NCBI GenBank assembly: GCA_919901855.1
Contig: CAKKQC010000002.1
Span: forward strand, 40,296 to 104,295
Direction of reading: 5' to 3'
Length of the DNA: 64,000 nucleotides
Source of the DNA: a bacterium
GTDB lineage: Bacteria > Oederibacteriota > CAKKQC01
The notes under the pieces were generated by a model, which was given only the letters and a program-made list of their open reading frames with translations, did no database searches and was not told the origin of the DNA. The first letter of the stretch is position 1; every line of letters starts with the position of its first letter. Shown here piece after piece: positions 26,102 through 34,645 of this stretch. A program made the position numbers and the translations under genes.

Positions 26102-28555
26102 TCAGAGCCCGGCGAGGAACTCCGCGAGCCGGATCGTGTCGTCCCGGAGCATGACGGCGGGCACTTCGACCTCGGCGATCGCGGCAGGAGCTAGCCCCTT
26201 GAGGTGCGCCTTCTCGCGCTTGACCGCGAGGTTAACGATTTCGCCCGTGGACAGCGTGATCGGGATGCGGCGGACGGGGATGTCGTGCTCGATGAGCTGG
26301 GCGGCAAAGGCCACGGTCTCGATGCCGCGGAGCTGGAGGTACTCGGCGGGCGTCCGGCCCTCGAGCGGCGTGGGATAGTGGAGGTTCGCCTCCGACTTGT
26401 GGCAAAAGACCTCGAAGGCCACCGCCTGTCCCGCCTGCCAGTACCGTTCGAACTTCGGTCCGGCCCCCACAGTCTGCAGCAACTCGGCGAACACCGCCGA
26501 CTCCATCCGCTCGACGAAGTACGAGACGGAGCCGGCGACGTGGCCCTCCATCATCACCGGGAACTTCCAGAGGAAGGGGACGCCCGGCGGAGCCGAGTCG
26601 AGCGAGCCACCTCCCAGCTCGCGCAGGGCCTTCTCGTCGATGGCGATGCCCGCATTGTAGAGCCGGCCCCACTTCACGTGTACGCGGTGGGGGTGCTTGG
26701 CGTACCGCGCCCTCATGTAATCCGCGATCGCGTCGTCGCGGGCGTTAAGCCGCGCAGCCCGGTTCGTGACCTCGTTCAGGAAGTCGCCCGTCGTGACGTC
26801 CCGGTAGATTTCGCCGACCGAGAGCCCGATGCCGATCCCGAGGCCGACCTTCTGGTGGGCGGCGCCCTGGACCGACAGAATCGCGCGCTTGAAGGCATCC
26901 ATGGCGGGATGACAGTAGATTCGGCCGTCGCCGACCTCCTTGCGCCACAGCGGCTCGATGCCGGTCTCGTTCGCGACCTTGAGCATCCGTCCGTAGATTT
27001 CGAGGGCGTTCGACAGCGTCTGCTGGGTTGACATCTCGGTGGAGCCGACGACGTCGATGAAGTAGACGGCGGCGCGGTTGGCCGTGCCGAGGATGAGGGA
27101 GGGGTAGACGTCGTCGTAGCAGACCGCGGCGTTCTGGCCCCACTTGTCCCGGAGTTCCCACTCGGCGTACATCTCCGAGTTGTCCAGCGGCGGCAGGGGC
27201 AGGTGCGCGAGCGTGTGGTAGTCGAGGCAGTCGGACTTGAACTTCCGGTAGGTCTCGAGGAGTTTCGGGACGCCCGGACGCCAGGCCCGTCCCGGCAGGT
27301 GGCGGGCCACCTCCCGGCGCTTCTTGAGGGCGCGGGAGGTGCGCCGCCAGCGGCGGCAGACGGCGGACATGAGGCGCCGCCAGTACATCCAGCCCGCACC
27401 GAGAAGGCCGACGGTGGTCGCGGCCGCTCCGCCGATGCCGATGGCGAGAAAGGCGCGGGCGAGGAAATCGGGATCGGCGAGCTTGTGCCGGATCTCGGGC
27501 CAGGCGGCCGGGCTGAGCAGCCAGGGGAGGATGCTGCCGACGGCCACCAGCACGAACAGCCCGCTCAGGATCAGGAACGCCTTCCGCCGTGCCGCGGCTT
27601 CGAGCTCATCGTAGATCGCGCGGTCGTGCCAGACGCCGAGCACGTCGTTCACGCGGTCGTGCAGGCCTTCCGCCGTCTCGGGCTCCTCGAGGAGCCCCGC
27701 GAGCTGGCCGGCGAAGTGTTCGTCGAGGTCGCGAACGAGAGCGGGGGTCAGCCGATAGGGGTTGGAGGTTTCCAGGACTTGCTGGACCAGGTCGCCGACA
27801 TCGGGGGGCGGCGAGGCGCGCCGGAGCGCGAACGGGGCCAACGGGTTCGCGAGGAGGCGGAGGGCCGTCCGGTTGCGGCGAACGCCGGACAGCAGGCGGG
27901 CGGTCCACGTGACGAGCTGGTCGTTCAGGTCGTCGAACGCTTCCCGGATCTTGGCCGGCGCGACCATGCGCCGGTAGATCTCGTCCGCGAGCACCCGCAT
28001 CGCCTGGAGCAGGGTGGCGAGGAAGAACGGATGCGTCGTGTCGCTCGTGCGTTCCTCGACCTGGGCCCGGCCGAGCAGGCCAAGTTTGGCCATGGGGCCG
28101 CCGTCCCCCGTGCCGACCATGTACCCCTTGAGCACGCCGAAGCCTCCCTTCGTGAACAGCTCCTTCGTGACCGAGACGTAGAAGGCGGACGGGAAGACGA
28201 ACCGCATGCTACGGAGGGCGGGCGGCAGGTCGAACGAGTCCTCGTCCCCGGCTGGCGCGGCCTCCAGGGCCTTCCCCGTATCCGGGGCGGCGGCGCGCCG
28301 TTCCATGGGCAGTTTCTCGTCGCTCTTCCGGACGGCGTCGATCACGTCGCCGAGGTTGATCCGCGAGGCGAGGTCCTCGATCGTGTGCACGTCGCCGGGG
28401 AGCACGAGGGAAACGAAGACAGCGCGGTCGAGGACGGCGTCCTCCCAGGCGAGCAGTTTGACCCGTTCGGTCACCTTGAGGGTGCCTGTGACCGCGTCCA
28501 TTAATCTACATTCTAGGTCCGATGCGTTCACGCCTGCCACGGCTTTCCCATCCAT
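26102..28555 (-). CDS. Membrane-anchored class III adenylate/guanylate cyclase domain protein with unknown N- and C-terminal domains
   Basis: 817 aa from ATG 28555 (low-GC leader upstream). About 340-aa N-domain, two TM helices (FLILSGLFVLVAVGSILPWLL; FLAIGIGGAAATTVGLLGAGWMYW), then a cyclase core: VYFIDVVGSTE (metal Asp), KEVGDGRIY, GLGIGIGLSVGEI, GDFLNEVTNRAARLNA. About 190-aa unknown C-terminal domain. Confidence 0.7.
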   Translation of the reverse strand: MDGKAVAGVNASDLECRLMDAVTGTLKVTERVKLLAWEDAVLDRAVFVSLVLPGDVHTIEDLASRINLGDVIDAVRKSDEKLPMERRAAAPDTGKALEAAPAGDEDSFDLPPALRSMRFVFPSAFYVSVTKELFTKGGFGVLKGYMVGTGDGGPMAKLGLLGRAQVEERTSDTTHPFFLATLLQAMRVLADEIYRRMVAPAKIREAFDDLNDQLVTWTARLLSGVRRNRTALRLLANPLAPFALRRASPPPDVGDLVQQVLETSNPYRLTPALVRDLDEHFAGQLAGLLEEPETAEGLHDRVNDVLGVWHDRAIYDELEAAARRKAFLILSGLFVLVAVGSILPWLLSPAAWPEIRHKLADPDFLARAFLAIGIGGAAATTVGLLGAGWMYWRRLMSAVCRRWRRTSRALKKRREVARHLPGRAWRPGVPKLLETYRKFKSDCLDYHTLAHLPLPPLDNSEMYAEWELRDKWGQNAAVCYDDVYPSLILGTANRAAVYFIDVVGSTEMSTQQTLSNALEIYGRMLKVANETGIEPLWRKEVGDGRIYCHPAMDAFKRAILSVQGAAHQKVGLGIGIGLSVGEIYRDVTTGDFLNEVTNRAARLNARDDAIADYMRARYAKHPHRVHVKWGRLYNAGIAIDEKALRELGGGSLDSAPPGVPFLWKFPVMMEGHVAGSVSYFVERMESAVFAELLQTVGAGPKFERYWQAGQAVAFEVFCHKSEANLHYPTPLEGRTPAEYLQLRGIETVAFAAQLIEHDIPVRRIPITLSTGEIVNLAVKREKAHLKGLAPAAIAEVEVPAVMLRDDTIRLAEFLAGL

Positions 28556-28577
28556 GGCGGGATGGTCAGGTCCCCCG

Positions 28578-29741
28578 TCAGGGCATCCGGACCAGGTGGA
28601 ACCGCCCGTCCGCGCTGGATTCGCGCGCCTTGAGGCACGTGAGCGCGCTTTCGAGGCCGGCGGCGATAGGCGTGCGTGGGGCGCAGCGCCCTTCCAGGAC
28701 ATCGACGAAGTTGCGGCACAGGACGGCGTCGCCGCCGAAGTGGGCGTCCTGGCCCGGCAGCGGTACCCGCTCGGTTTTCGCACGGTGGTGCCAGTGGATG
28801 AACAGGGTCCCGGCGTACCAGTCGAACTCGAGCGTGCCCCGGTAGCCGTACAGCCTGGCGCCGCGGCGCGCGGCGTTGCGGCGCGCGAAAAAGTTCTGGT
28901 GGTAGACGGTCTGGGCGCCGTTCTCGTACTCGATAAGGCAGGCGCCCATATCCTCGTTCCGGATGCCCTTCGCGTAGACGCACAGCCGCCAGTCCCGCCA
29001 GCCCGGCCGGGCGCCGGGAGCGATCATGGACCGCGAATTGAAAGGGCTCTCGGGGCAGGTCTTCCGCTTGCGGCAGTCCCGGCACCGGAGCCCGAAGGGC
29101 ATCGTCCCGCCCCATACGCGCTGCGCGTTCATGGCCGCGACCCGTTTCGGCTTCGACCCCGCCAGGTACGCGAGGTAGTCGAGGTCGTGCGTGGCCTTCT
29201 GGAGCCACAGCCCGCCGACCTCGTCCCAGTTCCGGTACCAGCCGCCGAAGTAGACGTCACCATATGGAACGTCGTTGAATGCCACCAACTGCTCGATCGT
29301 GCCCAGCCGCCCAGAGTCCACGATCACCTTCGCCTTCTCGACCAGGGGGGAGACGCGCAGCGGAAAGGACACGACGACCGGCGGAGCGCCACGGCGCCGG
29401 AACGCGTTTCGAAGCGCGCGGAGCTGAGGCATCGAGATCGCGACCGGCTTCTCGAGGAAGAGCGGGAGGCCGCGCTTCGCCGCCTTGACCGCCATCGGCG
29501 CGTGCAGGAGGCACCGGGTTCCGATCATGATCCCGTCGAGATCCTTCCGCGCGAGCAGGCCGTCCTCCCCGGCGTGGAAGACGGCGTCCTTAAGCAGCTC
29601 CGGATGCTTCGCCCGCAGCGCCTCGCCCTGCGGGTCCGCGACCGCGACGACCCGGAACCCGCGATCCATCCGCGCGCACTCGCGGGCCACGCCCGAGATC
29701 CGGTTCCCGCACCCGATGATCCCGATGTTGATGGTGGTCAC
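28578..29741 (-). CDS. Gfo/Idh/MocA family NAD(P)-dependent oxidoreductase
   Basis: GTG 29741 (VTTINIGIIGCGNRISG Rossmann motif). EKP motif (LFLEKPVA). GTGA overlap with the upstream gene stop. Confidence 0.8.
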   Translation of the reverse strand: MTTINIGIIGCGNRISGVARECARMDRGFRVVAVADPQGEALRAKHPELLKDAVFHAGEDGLLARKDLDGIMIGTRCLLHAPMAVKAAKRGLPLFLEKPVAISMPQLRALRNAFRRRGAPPVVVSFPLRVSPLVEKAKVIVDSGRLGTIEQLVAFNDVPYGDVYFGGWYRNWDEVGGLWLQKATHDLDYLAYLAGSKPKRVAAMNAQRVWGGTMPFGLRCRDCRKRKTCPESPFNSRSMIAPGARPGWRDWRLCVYAKGIRNEDMGACLIEYENGAQTVYHQNFFARRNAARRGARLYGYRGTLEFDWYAGTLFIHWHHRAKTERVPLPGQDAHFGGDAVLCRNFVDVLEGRCAPRTPIAAGLESALTCLKARESSADGRFHLVRMP

Positions 29742-30835
29742 GGTCCCGTCGACTCGCAGAGGTGCATGACCCAGCGGACGCGCTCGAGCATGACCTCGGA
29801 CGCGCCCTGCGGGAACTCGTCCGAGATCCCGAGGACGAGCCGCGGGTGGAAGAGCTTGATCACCTGCCTCACGCACGCCTCGAACTCCTCCTCGGAGTGG
29901 TACGGCATGAAGAGGAGGGCCGGGATGCCGTCGAGCAGGACCTTGTCCCCGATCGCGGCCTTCATCTCCTCGAGCGTGACGTCGCCCTGCGGCGTCGGCG
30001 TGAGCGCCTCGAGGCCGTCGAAGGGCAGGTCCTTGAGGTACGGGAGGAGGGGCTTGAAGTAGCCGTCGATGTGGACGTGAGTGTAGATCCCGTCGCGCCG
30101 CAAGCCTCCCGAGCGCTTCTCGTAGTAGGGGAGGTAGTATTTCTCGAAGTACTTCGGCGACAGCAGGGCCGAGTGCACGTTCTCGCCGAAGTTCACGATG
30201 TGGACGACGTCCGCGTTCGCCCTGAGCTCGTCGTACAGCGGGTCGTAGGAGGCGTCGACGGCCTTCATCGCGTCCTCAACGACGTTGGGAATCTCGTGAA
30301 GCGCGACGACGAGGTCGTCGAGCGTGGACCAGCTCTGCGCGAGCGCCTGGTAGGGCATCTTGGGGACCCAGAACTGCGGCTCGCCGCGGTCCCCGAGGTT
30401 CGCGGCGCCCTTGAGGAAGGCCTCGCGGTTGAAGTGGTGGGTCGTGCGGGCGCACAGCCACCCGAGCGCTTTGAGGTCGGCTTCGGTCGCGACCGGGAAC
30501 CTGACCGTCCGCCACGCCTTGTCCGAGGTGAGCTGGCTTTCCTCGACCAGGTTCCCGAACGGCGTCTCGACGACCTTGCACGCGTGCTCGCCGTCGCCCG
30601 TGTACCGGATCTTGACCTCCGGCGCGTGCCGGGTCTCGATGGGGTAGGGCATACCCGTGTAGTAGTGCGTGTATCGCATCGAGACCCGGAGGTCGTCGTA
30701 GAACTCGAGCAGGGACATGCCCCGGAGCCGCGGCGAGATGTCGCCCAGCCGCTGGTGCATGTCGTACCAGGGCTCGATGCGGGGCTGGAAGAAGACGCGC
30801 GGGTTCGGGCGCCCAGCAAAGATATTCAGGTTCAT
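29738..30835 (-). CDS. Uroporphyrinogen decarboxylase (URO-D)-like family protein
   Basis: About 365 aa from ATG 30835 (MNLNIF...). URO-D/MtaA-like C-terminal features (LVLGISDEFPQGA). Low-confidence family call. Confidence 0.5.
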   Translation of the reverse strand: MNLNIFAGRPNPRVFFQPRIEPWYDMHQRLGDISPRLRGMSLLEFYDDLRVSMRYTHYYTGMPYPIETRHAPEVKIRYTGDGEHACKVVETPFGNLVEESQLTSDKAWRTVRFPVATEADLKALGWLCARTTHHFNREAFLKGAANLGDRGEPQFWVPKMPYQALAQSWSTLDDLVVALHEIPNVVEDAMKAVDASYDPLYDELRANADVVHIVNFGENVHSALLSPKYFEKYYLPYYEKRSGGLRRDGIYTHVHIDGYFKPLLPYLKDLPFDGLEALTPTPQGDVTLEEMKAAIGDKVLLDGIPALLFMPYHSEEEFEACVRQVIKLFHPRLVLGISDEFPQGASEVMLERVRWVMHLCESTGP

Positions 30836-30962
30836 CTCACGCTTGGTCAATCCCTCAACCTCCGCTCCGTTTGTGGCTCCCAGCCATCTCCGCTATGATA
30901 GCGCCGGTTTGACTCGGATGACGTCCTGGACAGGCAATCACAGGTAAGGCAAGGAGCGCCCC

Positions 30963-33038
30963 ATGGAACACGTAGGCCCTTCCCTCTTCATGCTCGGCGG
31001 GTTCGGCACGATCCTCGTGGCCCTCGCCGTGCTCATCTTCCTCTACAACTCCATCGCCATCGTGGGCGGCGACCAGATCGCCGTCCTCGAGCGCCGGTGG
31101 CTGGGCCGGGGCATGCCCGAGGGGCGCGTGGTGGCCATGCGCAACGAGGTCGGCGTCCAGGGCCGGATCCTGGGCCCGGGCCTCCACCTCCTGATCCCGT
31201 TTCTCTACACGGTCGAGAAGGTGCCCATGATCAAGATCGGCGAGGACGAGGTGGGGCTCGTGGACGCCATCGACGGCAAGCCGATCCCGCCGGGCCGGAT
31301 CTTTGCCAAGGTCGTGCAGGGCCACAACCTCTATCAGGACGGCGAGGCGTTCCTGACCAACGGCGGCGAGAAGGGGCCCCAGCTCCAGATCCTGCCCCCG
31401 GGGCTCTACCGCGTGAATCCGTACCTCTTCAAGATGACGAAGGTCTCGTCGATCGAGATTCCGAGCTCGCGCATCGGGCTCGTGATGGCGCGCGACGGGG
31501 AGCCGATGCCGTCGGGCCGCCTCCTCGCGCGGCGCGCCGAGGGCCACGACAATTACCAGAACGGCCAGGGATTTCTCGAGAAGGGCGGGCAGAAGGGCCC
31601 CCAGATCGACATCCTCCTGCCGGGCACCTACCGGATCAACACCCGGCTCTTCCAGATCGAAATCCGGGACGCCACCGTGATCCCGACGAAGAAGGTCGGT
31701 CTCGTCACGGCGCGGGACGGCGAGCCGCTCCCGACCAACGAGTACGTGGCCAAGATCGTGGTCGGGCATCGGGAGTTCCAGGACGCGGCCGGGTTCCTCG
31801 CGGCCGGCGGCCAGCGAGGGCCGCAGCTCGGGTTCCTGCGTCCGGGCACCTACTACATCAACCCGCTCATGTTCGACGTGGCGCCCGACTCGGTGGCCGA
31901 CGTCGAGCGCGGGTTCGTGGCCGTCATCGTCTCCAACGTCGGGCTCGATCCCGCGGAGTCGCCGAAGGTCAAGGCGGCCGCCGTCGCCGGGACGGACCCG
32001 CTGCGGGCCGGCGTCGAACGGTACGTCGTGGACGCCGGGTACCGGGGCATCCAGCGCGAGGTGGCCGGGCCCGGCACCTACTACCTCAACAAGCTTGCGT
32101 ACATTCCGCACATCATCCCGACTACGAACATCACGATCGACTGGGCGGACGAGGCGAGCAGCGGCGGACGGGGCCCGAGGATCTTCAACCCGCTCGCGAT
32201 CGTGTCCAAGGACGGGTTCGAGATGACGATCTCGGTCAAGGTCATCATCCGCGTCCTCCCCGAGCAGGCGCCGCTGATGGTCGCCCGCATCGGGACTATC
32301 GAGAACCTGATCGAGCACGTCATCCACCCGCTCATCGACTCCTCGTTCCGCAACCAGGCCTCCTCGTCGGAAGCCATGAAGTTCATGCAGGACCGGCACG
32401 AGGAGCAGCGGAAGGCCGAGACGCACATCCGCGAGGAGCTCGAGCGGTACCATGTCCAGTGCGTGAGCGTGCTCATCTGCCAGATCGGGCTTCCCGAGCG
32501 GCTCATGGAGACGCTGACAAACAAGGTCGTGGCCGCCCAGCAGATGTCCATGTTCGACTCCCAGAAGCAGGCCGAGGACCGGCGCCGCGACATGGAGAAC
32601 ACGAAGGCGCAGGCGAACCTCCAGCCCTCGCTGGTGAAGGCCGAGATCGACGTCGCGATCGCGAACCAGAAGAAGCAGGAGGCGGTCATCCTCGCCGAGG
32701 GCCGGGGCACCTCGACCCGGCTCGAGCAGGAGGGAATCGCGGCCGGTATCTCCGCCGTCGGCAAGGCCGAAGGCGAGAAGATCCGGGCGATCGGGCAGGC
32801 CACGGCCGAGGCCTACGCCAAGCAGGCGGCCGCGGTCGGCCAGACCCCGCTGGCGCTCATCGAGATCATGAAGCGGGTCTCGGAGGGCAACGTCAAGATC
32901 ACGCCGGACATCATGGTGTCCGGCGGCGACGGCAGCGGGGGCGGGGCGTCGTCGAACATGCTCGCGGCGTTCATGGGGTCGATGATGGCGGGGACGCTGA
33001 AACCGCCCGCCGTGGTGGAGCCTCCCAAGAAGGTCTGA
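30963..33038 (+). CDS. SPFH/band-7 (flotillin-like) membrane protein with three internal ~75-aa repeats
   Basis: RBS aaggagcg. N-terminal TM (LFMLGGFGTILVALAVLIFLY). Three repeats of G.V.ARDGEP.P......A...GH..YQ....FL..GG.KGPQ...L.PGTYRINP.LF. C-terminal SPFH core plus coiled-coil/flotillin tail (EQRKAETHIREELER...). Confidence 0.85.
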   Translation: MEHVGPSLFMLGGFGTILVALAVLIFLYNSIAIVGGDQIAVLERRWLGRGMPEGRVVAMRNEVGVQGRILGPGLHLLIPFLYTVEKVPMIKIGEDEVGLVDAIDGKPIPPGRIFAKVVQGHNLYQDGEAFLTNGGEKGPQLQILPPGLYRVNPYLFKMTKVSSIEIPSSRIGLVMARDGEPMPSGRLLARRAEGHDNYQNGQGFLEKGGQKGPQIDILLPGTYRINTRLFQIEIRDATVIPTKKVGLVTARDGEPLPTNEYVAKIVVGHREFQDAAGFLAAGGQRGPQLGFLRPGTYYINPLMFDVAPDSVADVERGFVAVIVSNVGLDPAESPKVKAAAVAGTDPLRAGVERYVVDAGYRGIQREVAGPGTYYLNKLAYIPHIIPTTNITIDWADEASSGGRGPRIFNPLAIVSKDGFEMTISVKVIIRVLPEQAPLMVARIGTIENLIEHVIHPLIDSSFRNQASSSEAMKFMQDRHEEQRKAETHIREELERYHVQCVSVLICQIGLPERLMETLTNKVVAAQQMSMFDSQKQAEDRRRDMENTKAQANLQPSLVKAEIDVAIANQKKQEAVILAEGRGTSTRLEQEGIAAGISAVGKAEGEKIRAIGQATAEAYAKQAAAVGQTPLALIEIMKRVSEGNVKITPDIMVSGGDGSGGGASSNMLAAFMGSMMAGTLKPPAVVEPPKKV

Positions 33039-33039
33039 C

Positions 33040-33561
33040 ATGATCCGCTGGGTCTGGGCCGCCCTCGCCGTGCTCGCGGCGGGCGTGGGGGCGGCCTGGT
33101 ACCTCTCCTCCCGGCCGGTCATGGAGGAGGATTGGCGGATGGACGACTCCGCCGGGGCGCCGGCCGGGATGTGCGCCTCGCCGGCCGAGGTGGCGGCGCT
33201 CGTGGACCGGATCGCGGGGACGGACGCCATGGACGCGTCGAAGGCCTGGCTCGAGCTGGGCGCCCGGTATCGTGATTCCCGGAGCTACATCGGCGGCGTG
33301 TGCGCCGGGTTCTGGGACACGCGCCCGGTCGCGTTCGAGATCGTGAAGGAGCGGATGTCGGGCGGGGGCGCCACCTTCATCTACTACACGGTGAAGACGC
33401 CGGGGACGAAGGGCGTTCCGGCGTTCGTCCACACCGTAGGCCAGGCGCTGGCGTATCACCTCTGGCAGTACGAGGACGCCTCCAACAGCGGGTTCAAGGG
33501 GACGTTCCGGGCGTGGTGGTCCGGGTACGCGGGGCCGCACGGTCTCCCGGGACCCAGATGA
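33040..33561 (+). CDS. Membrane-anchored hypothetical protein co-transcribed with the flotillin-like gene
   Basis: ATG overlaps the flotillin stop (tgacATG). N-terminal TM MIRWVWAALAVLAAGVGAAWYL. W/Y-rich 173 aa. Not NfeD-like. Confidence 0.5.
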   Translation: MIRWVWAALAVLAAGVGAAWYLSSRPVMEEDWRMDDSAGAPAGMCASPAEVAALVDRIAGTDAMDASKAWLELGARYRDSRSYIGGVCAGFWDTRPVAFEIVKERMSGGGATFIYYTVKTPGTKGVPAFVHTVGQALAYHLWQYEDASNSGFKGTFRAWWSGYAGPHGLPGPR

Positions 33562-33588
33562 TGTCTGGGTCGGGGGCGAGAACCTCAA

Positions 33589-33993
33589 TCAGTCCGTGAT
33601 CGCAACCACCCGGATTCCTTGCGGACGGTGGATGGGCTTCGAGGGTTTCTCGAGGGTCACGAGCTCTTCGGCCCCCACCATGAGCGCGGCAGCCACGTGG
33701 AGCGCGTCGCTGGCCCCGAGTCCGTACCGGTTTGCCTCCTCCAACGCCCGTCGGACAAGCTTCCCGTCGACTTCCGCCCACCTGGAAACTGCCCCGAAGA
33801 ACGCGTTGTAGAACTGAACCTCGGGTTCCTTGCGATGGTACGTGGCCTTGGGCAGGACTTCGAGCTTCACGATGTCGCTGGACGCGAAAGTCCGTGCCGG
33901 GTCATCCAGAATCTGGATCGCCCGCCGTTGGAGTGGATGACTGCCTCTGGCGGCCGCGATCAGCACGCCCGAATCAAGGAACGTGAGCTTCAC
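33589..33993 (-). CDS. vapC: PIN-domain toxin VapC
   Basis: MKLTFLDSGVLIAAARG (PIN N-terminal Asp), DALHVAAALMVGAEELVTLE. 134 aa. Confidence 0.85.
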   Translation of the reverse strand: MKLTFLDSGVLIAAARGSHPLQRRAIQILDDPARTFASSDIVKLEVLPKATYHRKEPEVQFYNAFFGAVSRWAEVDGKLVRRALEEANRYGLGASDALHVAAALMVGAEELVTLEKPSKPIHRPQGIRVVAITD

Positions 33994-34000
33994 CGGTCTG

Positions 34001-34216
34001 TCAGCTACCCCAACGCGTAGAGATTTCGCGCCGGATCGCCGCGGCGCTCAGGAGCGGTTCGCCCGAACGCACGATCCGCCCGCGCAACCGGAGCAGTTTC
34101 CTGCCCAGGGGCGTCCGCGCATCGGTAGCGCCGCCGTTGGAGGAACCGTTGCGGTGGCGTCCGCTGGAAGGACGCACTGCTGTCTTGACCGTTGCCTTGT
34201 CAATCACTTTGGGCAT
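34001..34216 (-). CDS. vapB: Putative VapB-type antitoxin
   Basis: 71-aa ORF ending 7 nt before vapC. MPKVIDKATVKT... Weak similarity. Assignment by position. Confidence 0.45.
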   Translation of the reverse strand: MPKVIDKATVKTAVRPSSGRHRNGSSNGGATDARTPLGRKLLRLRGRIVRSGEPLLSAAAIRREISTRWGS

Positions 34217-34440
34217 TGCTTCTTCCCAATCGACATCATACAGCTTCCGTTGGGGATAGGAATGCCGGTCAGCAGCACAGCCACATCTCCATGAGGGCGA
34301 CTGGTCCGTAGCGTCCTATCAGGAGACCAGCCAAACCAGCCAATACCACGCGAGCTACAAAGCTCCAGATCCCGGATGATGAAGGACCTCGAGAACGCAT
34401 GGACATGTGGTCATTGTATAGGGTGGATCCCGAACTTGGC

Positions 34441-34451
34441 GGGGGGGGGGG
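34441..34451. repeat. G11 homopolymeric tract
   Basis: ggcGGGGGGGGGGGgtag, about 200 nt upstream of the 34646 gene within low-GC islet DNA. Potential slipped-strand mispairing site. Confidence 0.9.
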
Positions 34452-34645
34452 TAGTTGGCGCCGCCTGGCGCCAAGACGCCATTACTGGCTGCTTGCGGGT
34501 GGTGGTACAGTGGGGGTGAGGCACGCGAAGGGTGCCGCCCGTCCGCGGGAAGGGCTTAGCCTACCTTCATGGTCGGTACAACCGAGGAGAAACTCCTTTT
34601 CCGCCCTGGATCGCGGACAGACGGGCACACCGAAGAGGAGGAGCC

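Noticed and set aside
26136-30898. ORFs 26204..27031, 26776..27399, 27203..28504, 28206..30062, 28528..29208, 29762..30898, 30265..30819
   Set aside because: Antisense or frame-shifted over the cyclase, oxidoreductase and URO-D-like genes.
31097-33043. 648-aa ORF in the +2 frame of the flotillin gene
   Set aside because: Extremely Arg/Gly/Pro-rich. The +1 frame has the SPFH signatures.
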